This document shows, in pieces, positions 24,817 through 37,342 of a stretch of 64,000 nucleotides of DNA (positions are counted from its first letter, which is position 1; each line of letters opens with the position of its first letter). The notes beneath the pieces are model-generated. The model saw nothing but the letters and a program-made list of their open reading frames with translations. It was not told where the DNA came from and ran no database searches. Source of the stretch: Macrostomum hystrix (Eukaryota > Animalia > Platyhelminthes). The DNA lies in contig CATNEN010000005.1 in assembly GCA_950097015.1 (NCBI GenBank), forward strand, positions 5,208,001 through 5,272,000, read 5' to 3'. The position numbers were made by a program, and so were the translations under genes.

Positions 24817-25603
24817 ACTTTTGCAACACCCATCGATTAAATATCGGTAATTTATAGCATATTTTAATTAGGTTTTAGCTTACAAACTTTCTGCATTTCA
24901 GCATGTGTCGCAAACTAAGTTCTTAAAAGTTCTTAAAGTAATTGCGCACTTGCATTTACTCGCATTTACTCGTATTATTGGACTTCTAACGTTTCAAAAT
25001 GTTAAACTTCAGCGATTCATCAGCTGGAACAGCATCAAGTTTCGACCAATACGATGGAATGACTCAGGCAGTTGAGCTCATCAAGAAACAAATGCTTTAA
25101 AAAATTTCCATAAAACAATTGCCCCTATATTACATACTCGTATGTAGCAGCATTTGTCTGTGCTCTAGCTAGCTAATCTTTTTGGAATTTTTCGGTCCGA
25201 AACTTTGGTCCTGATTTTTCTGGCCTTGAAATCCCGCATGTCTGTGAAGGAAAAAAGCGATCGGAGCTGTACTCATAATTTTCGGGTATTTTTTGCCCAC
25301 GCTGGCTTAACCTAATAATTTAGTACAAATTTGGTCTACTAAAAATGTGTTTCACAGACAATTGAAAACATTAGTTTTTTTACTGAATATTTTCAGTAAG
25401 TCATATAAAAATTAAATTATCGCGTCATTTTTACCTGCATGACTTAAAATATAAAAAAATGGATAGTGACATATTTTGTTTTTATCACGTACATAAAATT
25501 AAAGCTATATTTCGAATGCAATTACACGGTGAATTTGTAAGCTAAAACCTAATTAAAATATGCAATAAATTACCGATATTTAATCGATGGGTGTTGCAAA
25601 AGT
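24817..25603. mobile_element. MITE-like element with about 70-bp inverted repeats
   Basis: ACTTTTGCAACACCCATCGATTAAATATCGGTAATTTA...GCTTACAAA at 24817-24885 is mirrored at about 25534-25603. The interior is non-coding. Confidence 0.7.
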
Positions 25604-25927
25604 GCTGCACATCTGACCCAATCTGGCCAGGTGTATAGTCAACTTATCATTAATATTACTAGACTTAGGAAGACATAGTTGTGGCCTAGCAGTGTGGCTT
25701 TAGCCGCTATACGCACTACGATTGTCTTCGGTTTTGGTTGCTTGAAAACTTGAAGATCAGTTAAGTTCTGATGCACTGTGTTATTACGTTACACTGTTAC
25801 ACATTCCCCATAATACTGCACTTTTTCGTTTCAGCCTGCATGACTTGTCCTTACAACACTTCTATTGTCGCTTTTTATTATTAATTAATTTTTTCACCTG
25901 CAAAAGCACACTACGAAACAGAACATA

Positions 25928-26668
25928 TGCGAGGGGCGTTCAATAAGTTTCCGGACCATAAGAGCCAGTGCACTCTTGGCTGCTCAAAATGTACTCACAT
26001 GAAAAATGTACATCTCCTGAGATTTGACATAAAATATAATGATTACACAATAAACCTGAATCTGATTACACCAAAGTTACCTATCACCTCCAACTTCAAG
26101 TATCTATTATGGAAGTGTCACGCATCCACTGGAGAGCGATGATTTTTTACGACTACAAATGTGGTCTGAACCAGTCGCAAAGCTTAGAACGGCTTCGCCT
26201 AGCCTTCGGGGATACTGCACCCTCGTGAACAACCGTCTTCGACTGGTTCGCAGAATTTCGTCGGGGCCGAGTGTCGCTCGAAGACGAGGCTCGTGATGGA
26301 CGACCCCGGAGTTCGACCACTCAGGAAGCAGTGGCTACAGTGCAACAGCTAGCCACTGCTGTGGGCATTTCATCGGGAAGCACCTCAACCATCCTACATG
26401 AAAGGCTTGGCCTCAGCAAGGTGTTCGCACGCTGGGTGCCTCATCACGTGACCCAGGAGCAGAAACAGGCCCGGATCGATTGGTGCCATTCAATGCTCGA
26501 AAGATTCGACGGTGGAAGATCAACGAGCTCCTGGGACATCGTCAGTGGTGACCTTCAAAGCTGGTACGGTCGCGAAGCGTCGCCAAGCAGATGGTGGCTG
26601 TTTTTGTGGCTCGCAGCGGTCCCGTAGCCATGATTCCGCTGGTAACACAGCGGACGGTGACTGCGGGC
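25928..26668 (+). mobile_element. Decayed mariner element (5' half, transposase pseudogene)
   Basis: Mariner-like TIR CGAGGGGCGTTCAATAAGT. The transposase starts at ATG 26109 and has SLEDEARDGRP and RWVPH motifs, a TGA at 26226-26228 and internal deletions. It is truncated by the 16-bp-minisatellite MITE. Confidence 0.85.
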
Positions 26669-26920
26669 TCTCTCTCTCTCCAGGATCTCTCCCGAGTCTC
26701 ATCTCTCTTGTGTCTTATCTCTCCCGAGTCTCATCTATATCGTGTCTTATCTCTCCCGAGTCTCATCTCTCCCAAGTCTCACATCTTCCGAGTCTCATAT
26801 CTCTATTATGTCTCATCTCACCCTGTCATCTCTTCTGTCTCATATTTCTACAGCCAATGCGGCCCGCTGTCGTCTTTTAGGTTCCCTCTTTGGCCCGCAG
26901 GCTAAGTTTGCAGACTCCTG
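26669..26920 (+). mobile_element. 3' half of the Charlie-like MITE with degenerate 16-bp units
   Basis: Conserved block CAATGCGGCCCGCTGTCGTCTTTTAGG and terminal AGTTTGCAGACTCCTG (26905-26920). Confidence 0.7.
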
Positions 26921-27154
26921 GCCTAACCAACCCAAAATATAAACTTTACACATATAATCCACTAGTAAATTGACTTCTTCATTCGTGAGCGCTTTAATAA
27001 AAGCGAATAAATTTAAGAACAAAATATTATTTAGAACGACATACAATCAATAATTACGAGCGTAACGAGAGCAGCAACTTGAACTTGAATTTATTGCGAG
27101 AATTCAAACTCGCGAATTATAAAATGTAAATTTATTATAAGATGCAATATTTAG

Positions 27155-28809
27155 TCACTTGTGCCCACGCAGTCCAAGCTGCGGCCCAAGCACTGTTAGC
27201 GAACGCTTAGCCGGGGCGAGAGAGTCTGTTACGCCCGCGTGACCGCGTTTCCTACTACTGCCGCCTGTAGACGAACTACTATTAGTAGTAGTAGGGTTCG
27301 CAGCAGCCACCTTCGCGCGCTCCTTCGCCTCCTCGCTGTGGCTGTAGGGACAGCGCGAGCCTCGATCGCATCGACCAGCTAAGAAGCGACGACAGAGCGG
27401 AATTTTACGAAGGCCGGCCTGCCTAACAGTCTCAGCGACGGCGGTGGGAGTCACGTGATGAGCCAATACGGCCAGTTTTCTGCGCTCAGCTTTGTGATAC
27501 TCGGTGACGAACACGGATTCGTGATCGGCCGAGGCGGCGTCGAAGCTGGGCAACAGCGAGCCGGCTTTCCCAGCTGTTCCTGGCGCATTAGCCGACGCAT
27601 CTGTATCAACTTCGGCGTCGACTTCAACGAAGCCGTCACTCAGGTCATCATCGTGTTTGCTATGGTCGCTGTCTTCTTCGCCTTGATTGCTGTCATCGCT
27701 AGAGACTGATGATTGAATAAGGCCGAAACTGTTTCTAAGGCTTCCATTACTATTTGGGTTGGCTGTGTCCCGGTTGCTTGGCCTTTGATCATCCTCGCTG
27801 TCTGAATTGTCACCTTAAGGTGTTTGTTGCGATTAGACGGTCTTGAAGCAAAATTTATTAAACATATTTCTTGATATTTCTATGCCAATTGAAATTAGAC
27901 ATTTCCACATTTCCACATACAAAAAATAACCTGGAAATTGCATCTCAATCAATAGGGATTCCCATTTAAATTTTAGGGATTAAAAAATGTCAATATTAGC
28001 TATTTCCATATCAATCCTTGGTGAATTTCCATATCAATCCTAGGTGAATTTCCATATCAATCCTTGGGGGATTTCCATATCAATCCTTGGGGGATTTCCA
28101 TATCAATCCTTTGTGAATTTCCATATCAATCCTTGGTGAATTTCCATATCAATCCTAGGTGAATTTCCATATCAATCCTTGGGGGATTTCCATATCAATC
28201 CTTTGTGAATTTCCATATCAATCCTAGGTGAATTTCCATATCAATCCTAGGTGAATTTCCATATCAATCCTAGGTGAATTTCCATATCAATCCTAGGTGA
28301 ATTTCCATATCAATCCTAGGTGAATTTCCATATCAGTACAAGGGGATTTACATACCCTTGGGGATTTCAATTGGGATTTTAATATCAATCAATGGGAGAT
28401 TTTGATAGCAAATCAATCAGGGATTTTTATATTAAACCTTGGGTGAGTTCCATAGAAATTATCATTGATATTATAATTCGCAAAATATTTTTAGATTACC
28501 ACGGCCAAATTAATATTAACAGATGCCTCTAATTGTATTTAAAGATACCCAAATCAAATCTAAAAAAGGTATTACCATACCAATCTTCAAAGAGTCCAAA
28601 ATAAATGTTTAATATATACTCAAGCGTAGCATATCAGTTATAACTACCTGATTCTCTATCGCAGTCATCAAAGTCGCTCTCGTTGCCACTCTTATTAGGT
28701 TCATTCTTGCTAATCGTTTCTGAGCCGCCCTTCGCCGCGTCATCATCTTCGCTCTCGCTGCCGCTACTATAGGCTACTAATCCGGAAGCCAGTTTAATTA
28801 CAATGCTAT
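27155..28809 (-). CDS. Acidic low-complexity protein with a C-x7-C-x5-C-x3-H zinc finger (two exons, no Met found)
   Basis: Exon about 28809-28648 (LASGLVAYSSGSESEDDD...) splices in phase 1 to exon 27813-27155, which contains CRRFLAGRCDRGSRCPYSH. AATAAA lies about 20 nt after the stop. There is no ATG in about 270 codons, so the 5' end is unresolved. Confidence 0.7.
28000..28340. repeat. 23-bp minisatellite (ATTTCCATATCAATCCTAGGTGA)n
   Basis: Tandem array in the intron of the CCCH ORF. Confidence 0.95.
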
Positions 28810-28869
28810 CTGATACTGTGTGTTACAATGCAGAATAGGTTTAAAAGACCAGTACCAGGTCAGGATCCC

Positions 28870-31800
28870 TTAGCGCTTAGCAGCTGAGGCTATGATTGGC
28901 TTTGGTCGATCGCGAAATACTAGCTTGCTGCGAATGACGCCAACGATTTTCTGGCCGCGAATAACAGCCAGCGGTTTCTCCAGCGGCACAGATTTGCCCT
29001 GCAAGATTTGTTTGAATTCGCTAAAACTATTTGAGGATCTGAAGATAATGGATGACATGCTTGAGGATCTGAACAGATGGATGTCATGCTTGAGGATCTG
29101 AACAGATGGATGACATGCTTGACATGCTTGAGGATCTGAACAGATGGATGACATGCTTGAGGATCTGAACAGATGGATGTCATGCTTGAGGATCTGAACA
29201 GATGGATGACATGCTTGAGGATCTGAACAGATGGATGACATGCTTGACATGCTTGAGGATCTGAACAGATGGATGACATCCTTGAGGATCTGAACAGATG
29301 GATGACATGCTTGACATGCTTGAGGATCTGAACAGATGGATGACATGCTTGAGGATCTGAACAGATGGATGGCATGCTTGAGGATCTGAACAGATGGATG
29401 ACATGCTTGAGGATCTGAACAGATGGATGACATGCTTGAGGATCTGAACAGATGGATGACATGCTTGAGGATCTGAACAGATGGATGACATGCTTGAGGA
29501 TTTGAACAGATGGATGACATGCTTGAGGATCTGAACAGATGGATGACATGCTTGACATGCTTGAGGATCTGAACAGATGGATGACATCCTTGAGGATCTG
29601 AACAGATGGATGACATGCTTGACATGCTTGAGGATCTGAACAGATGGATGACATGCTTGAGGATCTGAACAGATGGATGGCATGCTTGAGGATCTGAACA
29701 GATGGATGACATGCTTGAGGATCTGAACAGATGGATGACATGCTTGAGGATCTGAACAGATGGATGACATGCTTGAGGATTTGAACAGATGGATGACATG
29801 CTTGAGGATCTGAACAGATGGATGACATGCTTGAGGATCTGAACAGATGGATGACATGCTTGAGGATCTGAACAGATGGATGACATGCTTGAGGATCTGA
29901 ACAGATGGATGTCATGCTTGAGGATCTGAACAGATGGATGACATGCTTGACATGCTTGAGGATCTGAACAGATGGATGACATGCTTGACATGCTTGAGGA
30001 TCTGAACAGATGGATGACATGCTTGAGGATCTGAACAGATGGATGACATGCTTGAGGATCTGAACAGATGGATGACATGCTTGAGGATCTGAACAGATGG
30101 ATGTCATGCTTGAGGATCTGAACAGATGGATGACATGCTTGAGGATCTGAACAGATGGATGGCATGCTTGAGGATCTGAACAGATGGATGACATGCTTGA
30201 CATGCTTGAGGATCTGAACAGATGGATGACATGCTTGAGGATCTGAACAGATGGATGACATGCTTGACATGCTTGAGGATCTGAACAGATGGATGACATG
30301 CTTGACATGCTTGAGGATCTGAACAGATGGATGACATGCTTGAGGATCTGAACAGATGGATGACATGCTTGAGGATCTGAACAGATGGATGACATGCTTG
30401 AGGATCTGAACAGATGGATGACATGCTTGAGGATCTGAACAGATGGATGACATGCTTGAGGATCTGAACAGATGGATGGCATGCTTGAGGATCTGAACAG
30501 ATGGATGACATGCTTGAGGATCTGAACAGATGGATGACATGCTTGAGGATCTGAACAGATGGATGACATGCTTGAGGATTTGAACAGATGGATGACATGC
30601 TTGAGGATCTGAACAGATGGATGACATGCTTGACATGCTTGAGGATCTGAACAGATGGATGACATCCTTGAGGATCTGAACAGATGGATGACATGCTTGA
30701 CATGCTTGAGGATCTGAACAGATGGATGACATGCTTGAGGATCTGAACAGATGGATGGCATGCTTGAGGATCTGAACAGATGGATGACATGCTTGAGGAT
30801 CTGAACAGATGGATGACATGCTTGAGGATCTGAACAGATGGATGACATGCTTGAGGATTTGAACAGATGGATGACATGCTTGAGGATCTGAACAGATGGA
30901 TGACATGCTTGAGGATCTGAACAGATGGATGACATGCTTGAGGATCTGAACAGATGGATGACATGCTTGAGGATCTGAACAGATGGATGTCATGCTTGAG
31001 GATCTGAACAGATGGATGTCATGCTTGACATGCTTGAGGATCTGAACAGATGGATGACATGCTTGAGGATCTGAACAGATGGATGTCATGCTTGAGGATC
31101 TGAACAGATGGATGACATGCTTGAGGATCTGAACAGATGGATGGCATGCTTGAGGATCTGAACAGATGGATGACATGCTTGACATGCTTGAGGATCTGAA
31201 CAGATGGATGACATGCTTGAGGATCTGAACAGATGGATGACATGCTTGACATGCTTGAGGATCTGAACAGATGGATGACATGCTTGACATGCTTGAGGAT
31301 CTGAACAGATGGATGACATGCTTGAGGATCTGAACAGATGGATGACATGCTTGAGGATCTGAACAGATGGATGACATGCTTGAGGATCTGAACAGATGGA
31401 TGACATGCTTGAGGATCTGAACAGATGGATGACATGCTTGAGGATCTGAACAGATGGATGACATGCTTGAGGATCTGAACAGATGGATGACATGCTTGAG
31501 GATCTGAACAGATGGATGACATGCTTGAGGATCTGAACAGATGGATGACATGCTTGAGGATCTGAACAGATGGATGGCATGCTTGAGGATCTGAACAGAT
31601 GGATGACATGCTTGAGGATCTGAACAGATGGATGACATGCTTGAGGATCTGAACAGATGGATGACATGCTTGAGGATCTGAACAGATGGATGACATGCTT
31701 GAGGATCTGAACAGATGGATGGCATGCTTGAGGATCTGAACAGATGGATGTCATGCTTGACATGCTTGAGGATCTGAACACATGGATGACATGCTTGAGG

Positions 31801-32482
31801 ATCTGAACAGATGGATGTCATGCTTGACATGCTTGAGGATCTGAACACATGGATGACATGCTTGAGGATCTGAACAGATGGATGACATGCTTGACATGCT
31901 TGAGGATCTGAACAGATGGATGACATGCTTGACATGCTTGAGGATCTGAACAGATGGATGACATGCTTGAGGATCTGAACAGATGGATGACATGCTTGAG
32001 GATCTGAACAGATGGATGACATGCTTGAGGATCTGAACAGATGGATGACATGCTTGACATGCTTGAGGATCTGAACAGATGGATGACATGCTTGAGGATC
32101 TGAACAGATGGATGACATGCTTGAGGATCTGAAGATAAAGGATGACATCAATAGTGCTAAGAATCTGAGGTGAATCATAAATGAAGGTGAATGAAGTCAA
32201 CAATGGACAACAAAGTAAAAAAGCCTAAAAAAGAGCAAGCAAGCAAGAACCTATTAAACTATTCACCTGCAACAAATGATGACCGACAATGAGCAGTGGC
32301 TGTCCAGACTGTTTACTAAAAAGCAGGTCACCAATTAAACTGCCGTGCAGTTGTTCCTCTTCGTCCAATAGTAGACAATTATTAGGGCCTAGTGGGTTGC
32401 GACTTTCAAAGCTGCCCTGTAGTTCAATTAGACTCCAGCGATTGGAACTCTGATTGCTGGATTCCAGCAAGGGCAGTTGCAC
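28870..32482 (-). CDS. CHTF8: Chromosome transmission fidelity factor 8 (Ctf18-RFC subunit)
   Basis: Exon about 32482-32267 (VQLP...WSLIELQG...IGDL...PLLIVGHHLLQ) splices in phase 0 to exon 28998-28870 (GKSVPLEKPLAV...SKLVFRDRPKPII). These are typical Ctf8 motifs. The start codon is unresolved. Confidence 0.88.
29030..32135. repeat. 29-bp satellite (GAGGATCTGAACAGATGGATGACATGCTT)n with occasional 9-bp GACATGCTT duplications
   Basis: About 3.1 kb, filling most of the Ctf8 intron. It accounts for the 1102-aa and other spurious ORFs. Confidence 0.97.
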
Positions 32483-35017
32483 AGTTAGCTGCTGACAGTG
32501 GCCATTTTATTGTAGATTATGGAATGTAGGATTAGGAAGTCTTTGGTAACAATATTATTGAGTAGTCTATATAAACAGAACATCAATATCATTTTCTAGA
32601 ATAGCAGACCACTGCTGCTTGAATTTCAACTGAAATTCTTTATAGGGGCATGCTATAATAATGACTAAACAAAAATTATAAAATATTTAGTTTTTTTAAC
32701 AATGCAACAAAACATTTTTTTTATAATAACAACAATAAGAAGACTATATACTGTACTAAAGAAAATATAAGTATGGAATCATTCTTGTAAACTTCTCAGC
32801 TAAGCCATTAAACTCAATATTTTTATTAGAAAAAAACACATTGAAAGCCAAGCAAGGTGTCCATGTAGCAATTTCAATGCCATGATTAGTATATTTTAAG
32901 AAATTGTAAAAATACTTTAGGGCTTAGATGATAGAAATGATATTTTGGCAATCTTTTCAATGGCAACTACCAAGTCAAGTGACAAATTTTAATTAGCAAC
33001 ATGTGTATTTAACAACCTAGACCCTATATATATCAGTCTTGGATGACAATTATTTTAGGAATATAGAGAAATCAGAAATAAAGAAGAGAGAAGAGGAGAA
33101 GAACAGAGAAGACAAGGATGTGAAAATTAGAATAAATAAATGTGCTTTTAGCTGCTAATAAAGCAAAGAAATAAACTAAGTCACAGATGAGAGAAAACAG
33201 ATTTGCAGTTAGGTGAAAACTAAGTTGCAGTTGAGAAACAACCAAGTCAAGAAAACTAAGTGGCAGATAAGGGAAGATCTTCCCTATTATCCTTTCTCCT
33301 CTACTTTATGCTGGTTTTTTCTCTTCTTCTATGCATCTTCCTTTATTCTCTTTGTCTTGTACTCCCTGTTTTTCTTTGCTTCTTCTCTTTTTCTTATTTC
33401 TCTGCCCCTTCTACTTAGTTTTTCTTCTTTTTTACTCTTTCTCTGCTTGCTTTCTCTTTTCTTTCTCTTCTACTTTATGATATTCTTCTTCTCTCTCTGC
33501 CTTCTTTACTTATTAGGGAAAACAAAGTTGCAGACAAGGGAAAAGAAGTCAAAAATGAGGAAAAATAAAAATAATCAGAAAGTTTGCTAATAAATCTTAA
33601 AATATGGTAAACTGTATTTCAGTCCCTTTTAGCTGACTTCCCACTAAGTTAATCACTAATTTAATTAGCCCAAAGCTGAAATACTTTGTTTATGTTATGG
33701 TTTCATCTCAATGTTTTATCATACCTCAAATCAATGCACAGTCTCCAGCTTTGAAGTACATGTAAATTTATAGGTTCATATTATTTTCAAATCCAATTGT
33801 ACCTTTCCTAAACCTTAAGGCTACTTTAAAATAATATTGTAGCAAGAAGACCCTTGCCTTTTTATAAGATGAATTCTGCCACAGTCCTTCAATGCAGCAG
33901 AATCTGCTTCTGAATCAAATCAGTTCAAGTTGCTAGTAAACATGCAGCAAGTTGGTCGTAATTGTGATTTGCAATTGCCACTTCATTTAATGTTTCAGAT
34001 TTATATATTTTATAAAAACCACATCATCACCAAGTATCATACAAATCATTAATATAAAAAAATAATATACAAAAAGGAATTAAATACATCAATACAGGCC
34101 CCTAGGCATTTCTGTATTTTCTTTACTTAACTTTATAATTATAAAGTTGGTAAAGACAATGCTTTAATTACATGTACATTATAGCCAAGTTAAGCCAAAG
34201 TTAAGATTACTGCCACTAAGCTATATAGCAATTAGCTATATTGTTTCAATGATAGGCATAGCCATCTATATAGAATGTAAGGCCAATGATTTATTTAAAA
34301 TAATATCAAATAGCTCGACTAGCAGTCTATGTAGTCTAGGCCTAGCAGTTTTTTGACATTTGTTTTTATGCAACTATCACAATGAATAAATTGTCTATTG
34401 GCGATGTTCTACTTCCGTTCGTTATATTTTTTTCGTTAGAATTCGTGCCACGCGTGCATTCTGAGTTTGAAAAAGTTGTGCTGACGTGGCTTTGCCGTGA
34501 CTTGACACTTGGATCTATGTCTATGGCAAAATCTGGCAAATAGGCCTATGGGGGAACAGGAAGCTAAAGCACAGAAATTCTGCAGCTGAAGATTTCGGGA
34601 ATTATAGCCTCATTATTATAGCCTTATTATAGCCTTATTATTATTATTATAGCCTTATTTTTATGTCTGTGAGACTATAATTATATATCAAAACGAAACG
34701 AAAGAAAGCCATAAAAAGTAAATAAGTAGAATACTAAAAGTAAAGCTTGGCGAAGCAATTCGTTTTTAGCTACACGAGAAAGGGAAAGAAACTGCACAGA
34801 TAAAGCAAAGATTGCACAGTATGTCAGTATAATGCAAGGTTACATTACACACGCTTGTAGAGCATGGCAGGCGAAGCTATCGAAAATTAGCATTAGCCAA
34901 AAAGTTAAAAAACTTGTTTTTTTTCGGCGATTAAAACAAAACTGAATGTTGCTCATCTCAAGTTTTAAAGCCGCGTGAATCACAAATAACCATAGAAATG
35001 GCTTTTGGGTAGTAATA

Positions 35018-36377
35018 TATTGCATTTGTCGTGCTATGTAGAACAGTTGATATGCAAAACGTAACGGCCCATGGAATTCTATGTTCAAGCGTTCGTCTTC
35101 ACTCGAGAAATTAAGCCATAGAACACTCAATTTGTCATGCTAGGACCGATGAGCCAGAAAAAAGGAAACGATTCGAGTTTTTTCTCTTTTTCACATGCAA
35201 CAAGTATGTCATATCACATCACATACAACACTACTAAATTCGTTGGCTGAAAAGCTGGTCGGACGCTTTCCTGACAAGCCGCAGGTGAGCCTTAAAACAA
35301 TTGATCGAACAATGGTTGGTTTGCCATCCATCAAATGGACATTCGATCTGCTCTTCATGGTCAAACTCGCTACCAAAGTGACGGATGTGCGTCTAAACAC
35401 CAACCGAGTCGAAATCCTGGACTCCAGAAACGAATACGTTAATTGCTTGCTTCATCTAGCTCCAGGAGTTCACACTGACTTTGGACAAAACCGGTCTTAA
35501 CTTGTAGACCAGAAAGTCGCAGGGCAGGTCGGCTCGTGCCGGACACCCAGTAAAGCGTACGGTGACATTCCAGAGGGGTCCTAACGTTTCGGTTTGGATT
35601 AGTCGAAATGGCAATTTCGTCGGAGTTCGGGTTGCATTCTGTCATCCAGAGAGGTGGCCAAACGCAGCAAAAATTTTAGGAATTTTTAGACCACCTAACA
35701 GACCGCTGCCATCAACTGGACCTAACGGAGACCTACCCAAATTTTCACTGCAATGTGGAGATCCCATGCAGAGAACCATCGGGACAGAATTACGACACGA
35801 ATCCTACGACCCCTATTCGCCATTTCTAAACCCGTGAATAGGGGTCGGGGGAATATAGGGGAATAGCCGAGTTTGCTAACTCCGCGTTGACTTCAAATCT
35901 CAAGAATCGTTTTGCAGAAGCCGGAATGGTTGAGGACGAGCAAGTTTCACCTGATTGGAATGAAACTTGAGCAGTGGAGATTGATGCTACTCGAAAAGAG
36001 GCGACCAAAACTGTTAGTCAAGCAATCACTGCTGACATGTGCGCTGGCTGGGAGCAGCGCAGCAATCGATTGTTTGGATTGCGTTTGCAGCGACTCTGCT
36101 TTAAGATTTGACCTTTTGTAATTTTGATGCTTTCTATTTAAGACTTGAAATATGCCAAATTTGAATGGAATTATGTAAAACTTTCTGCTTCTGTTTTTAT
36201 TCTTTCTGCAAATAAAAAATCTAATCGTTCCTTCGATCCCCTGCCTCATCGTTCCATATATGACAAATTGAGTTGTCTATGGCTTAATTTCTCGAGTGAA
36301 GGCGAACGCTTGACCATAGACCATGGGCTGTTCCGTTTTGCTTATCCACAGTTCCACGTAGCGCGACAAAAGCAATA
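35018..36377 (+). mobile_element. Old IS630/Tc1-like element with about 170-bp diverged inverted repeats and transposase remnants
   Basis: About 35018-35190 is an imperfect reverse complement of about 36210-36377 (shared CTATGGCTTAATTTCTCGAGTGAAG block). The interior has broken frames resembling VSLKTIDR...RN...R.EY and DKTGLNL.TR...GRS...RGPNVSV. Confidence 0.6.
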
Positions 36378-37342
36378 CGTTGCAAAAGCAAATTGCTTTT
36401 CAAATAAAATTAGTCTATCTCTCTCTTCTTCTCTGTCTTCTCTCTCATCTTGCTACGTCTCTCCAATTTCTGACTAAGATTATCTCTTCTATGTCTTATA
36501 TCATGTCCTCCGTCATTAATGCCTTGCCGTCACTTGAACTTGGACGTATAAGTTGGCAAATTCCTGCAGTAACAATCGCGAGAAAGGAAAAAAAACCAAT
36601 ATCGTCAAACTTTTTAATATAAATAGCATTTATCTAACAAATGACCGGAAGCAAAACGAGTTGAAATTTATTGGCCTGGCTGATTCACCAGAAATTGCAA
36701 ACATTTTTGCATTTAACCATTGATTCTACATAACAACGAATAGCCTAATTTTTCTTTCTAGCTAAACGAAAAACAAACTCACAAAAACGGCTTAACCGAT
36801 TTGGAATGATACACATCGGTATGTGAAGCATGAATTACAGCAAACCAACGACCCAGCCGGATCAGATCTGTCTGAATGTATCAAAAACTGCGTGTGGCTT
36901 CAGATAATTGGAATAATTATGAAACACAGGGCTGCATATGGAAAGCCCGAATAGAAAGCCGTGTGTGACTTTTTTTACCATAGACAGACTGGGCTGAGTG
37001 GAATGAGCGGGTTTCCAACCCATGTCCAAATTGAAAGCCCGCTGTCCCAAATAGAACGCACAAAGCTAGTGAAACCAATTTTTCCGCCGCTTTGCTAACT
37101 GCTTACTAGAAAATTATTGCTATAAAAAGCTCCACTGAGGACTGGATCGTGGGAATTAACTAAGACCAGAAAGCTGCTCTCGTGTATGACCTATCCCATC
37201 CAATACTAACACCGTGAACTATACTAATTATATAATTAAGGTAGGTAAAAGGCTTATAACTCTTTCGATTCTAAACTAACATTGAAAAAAATAATCAATT
37301 CTTCTTCAGATTTCAGAAGCGAAAACTCTGTGAGACATAAAT

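Noticed and set aside
27455-27709. Plus-strand hydrophobic ORF
   Set aside because: Antisense shadow of the acidic CCCH exon.
28870-32178. 1102-aa ORF and its overlapping companions
   Set aside because: Translation of the 29-bp satellite. Only the last 43 codons are real (Ctf8 exon 2).
33213-33590. 125-aa Phe/Leu-rich membrane protein ORF
   Set aside because: CT-rich low-complexity DNA without splice or family support.
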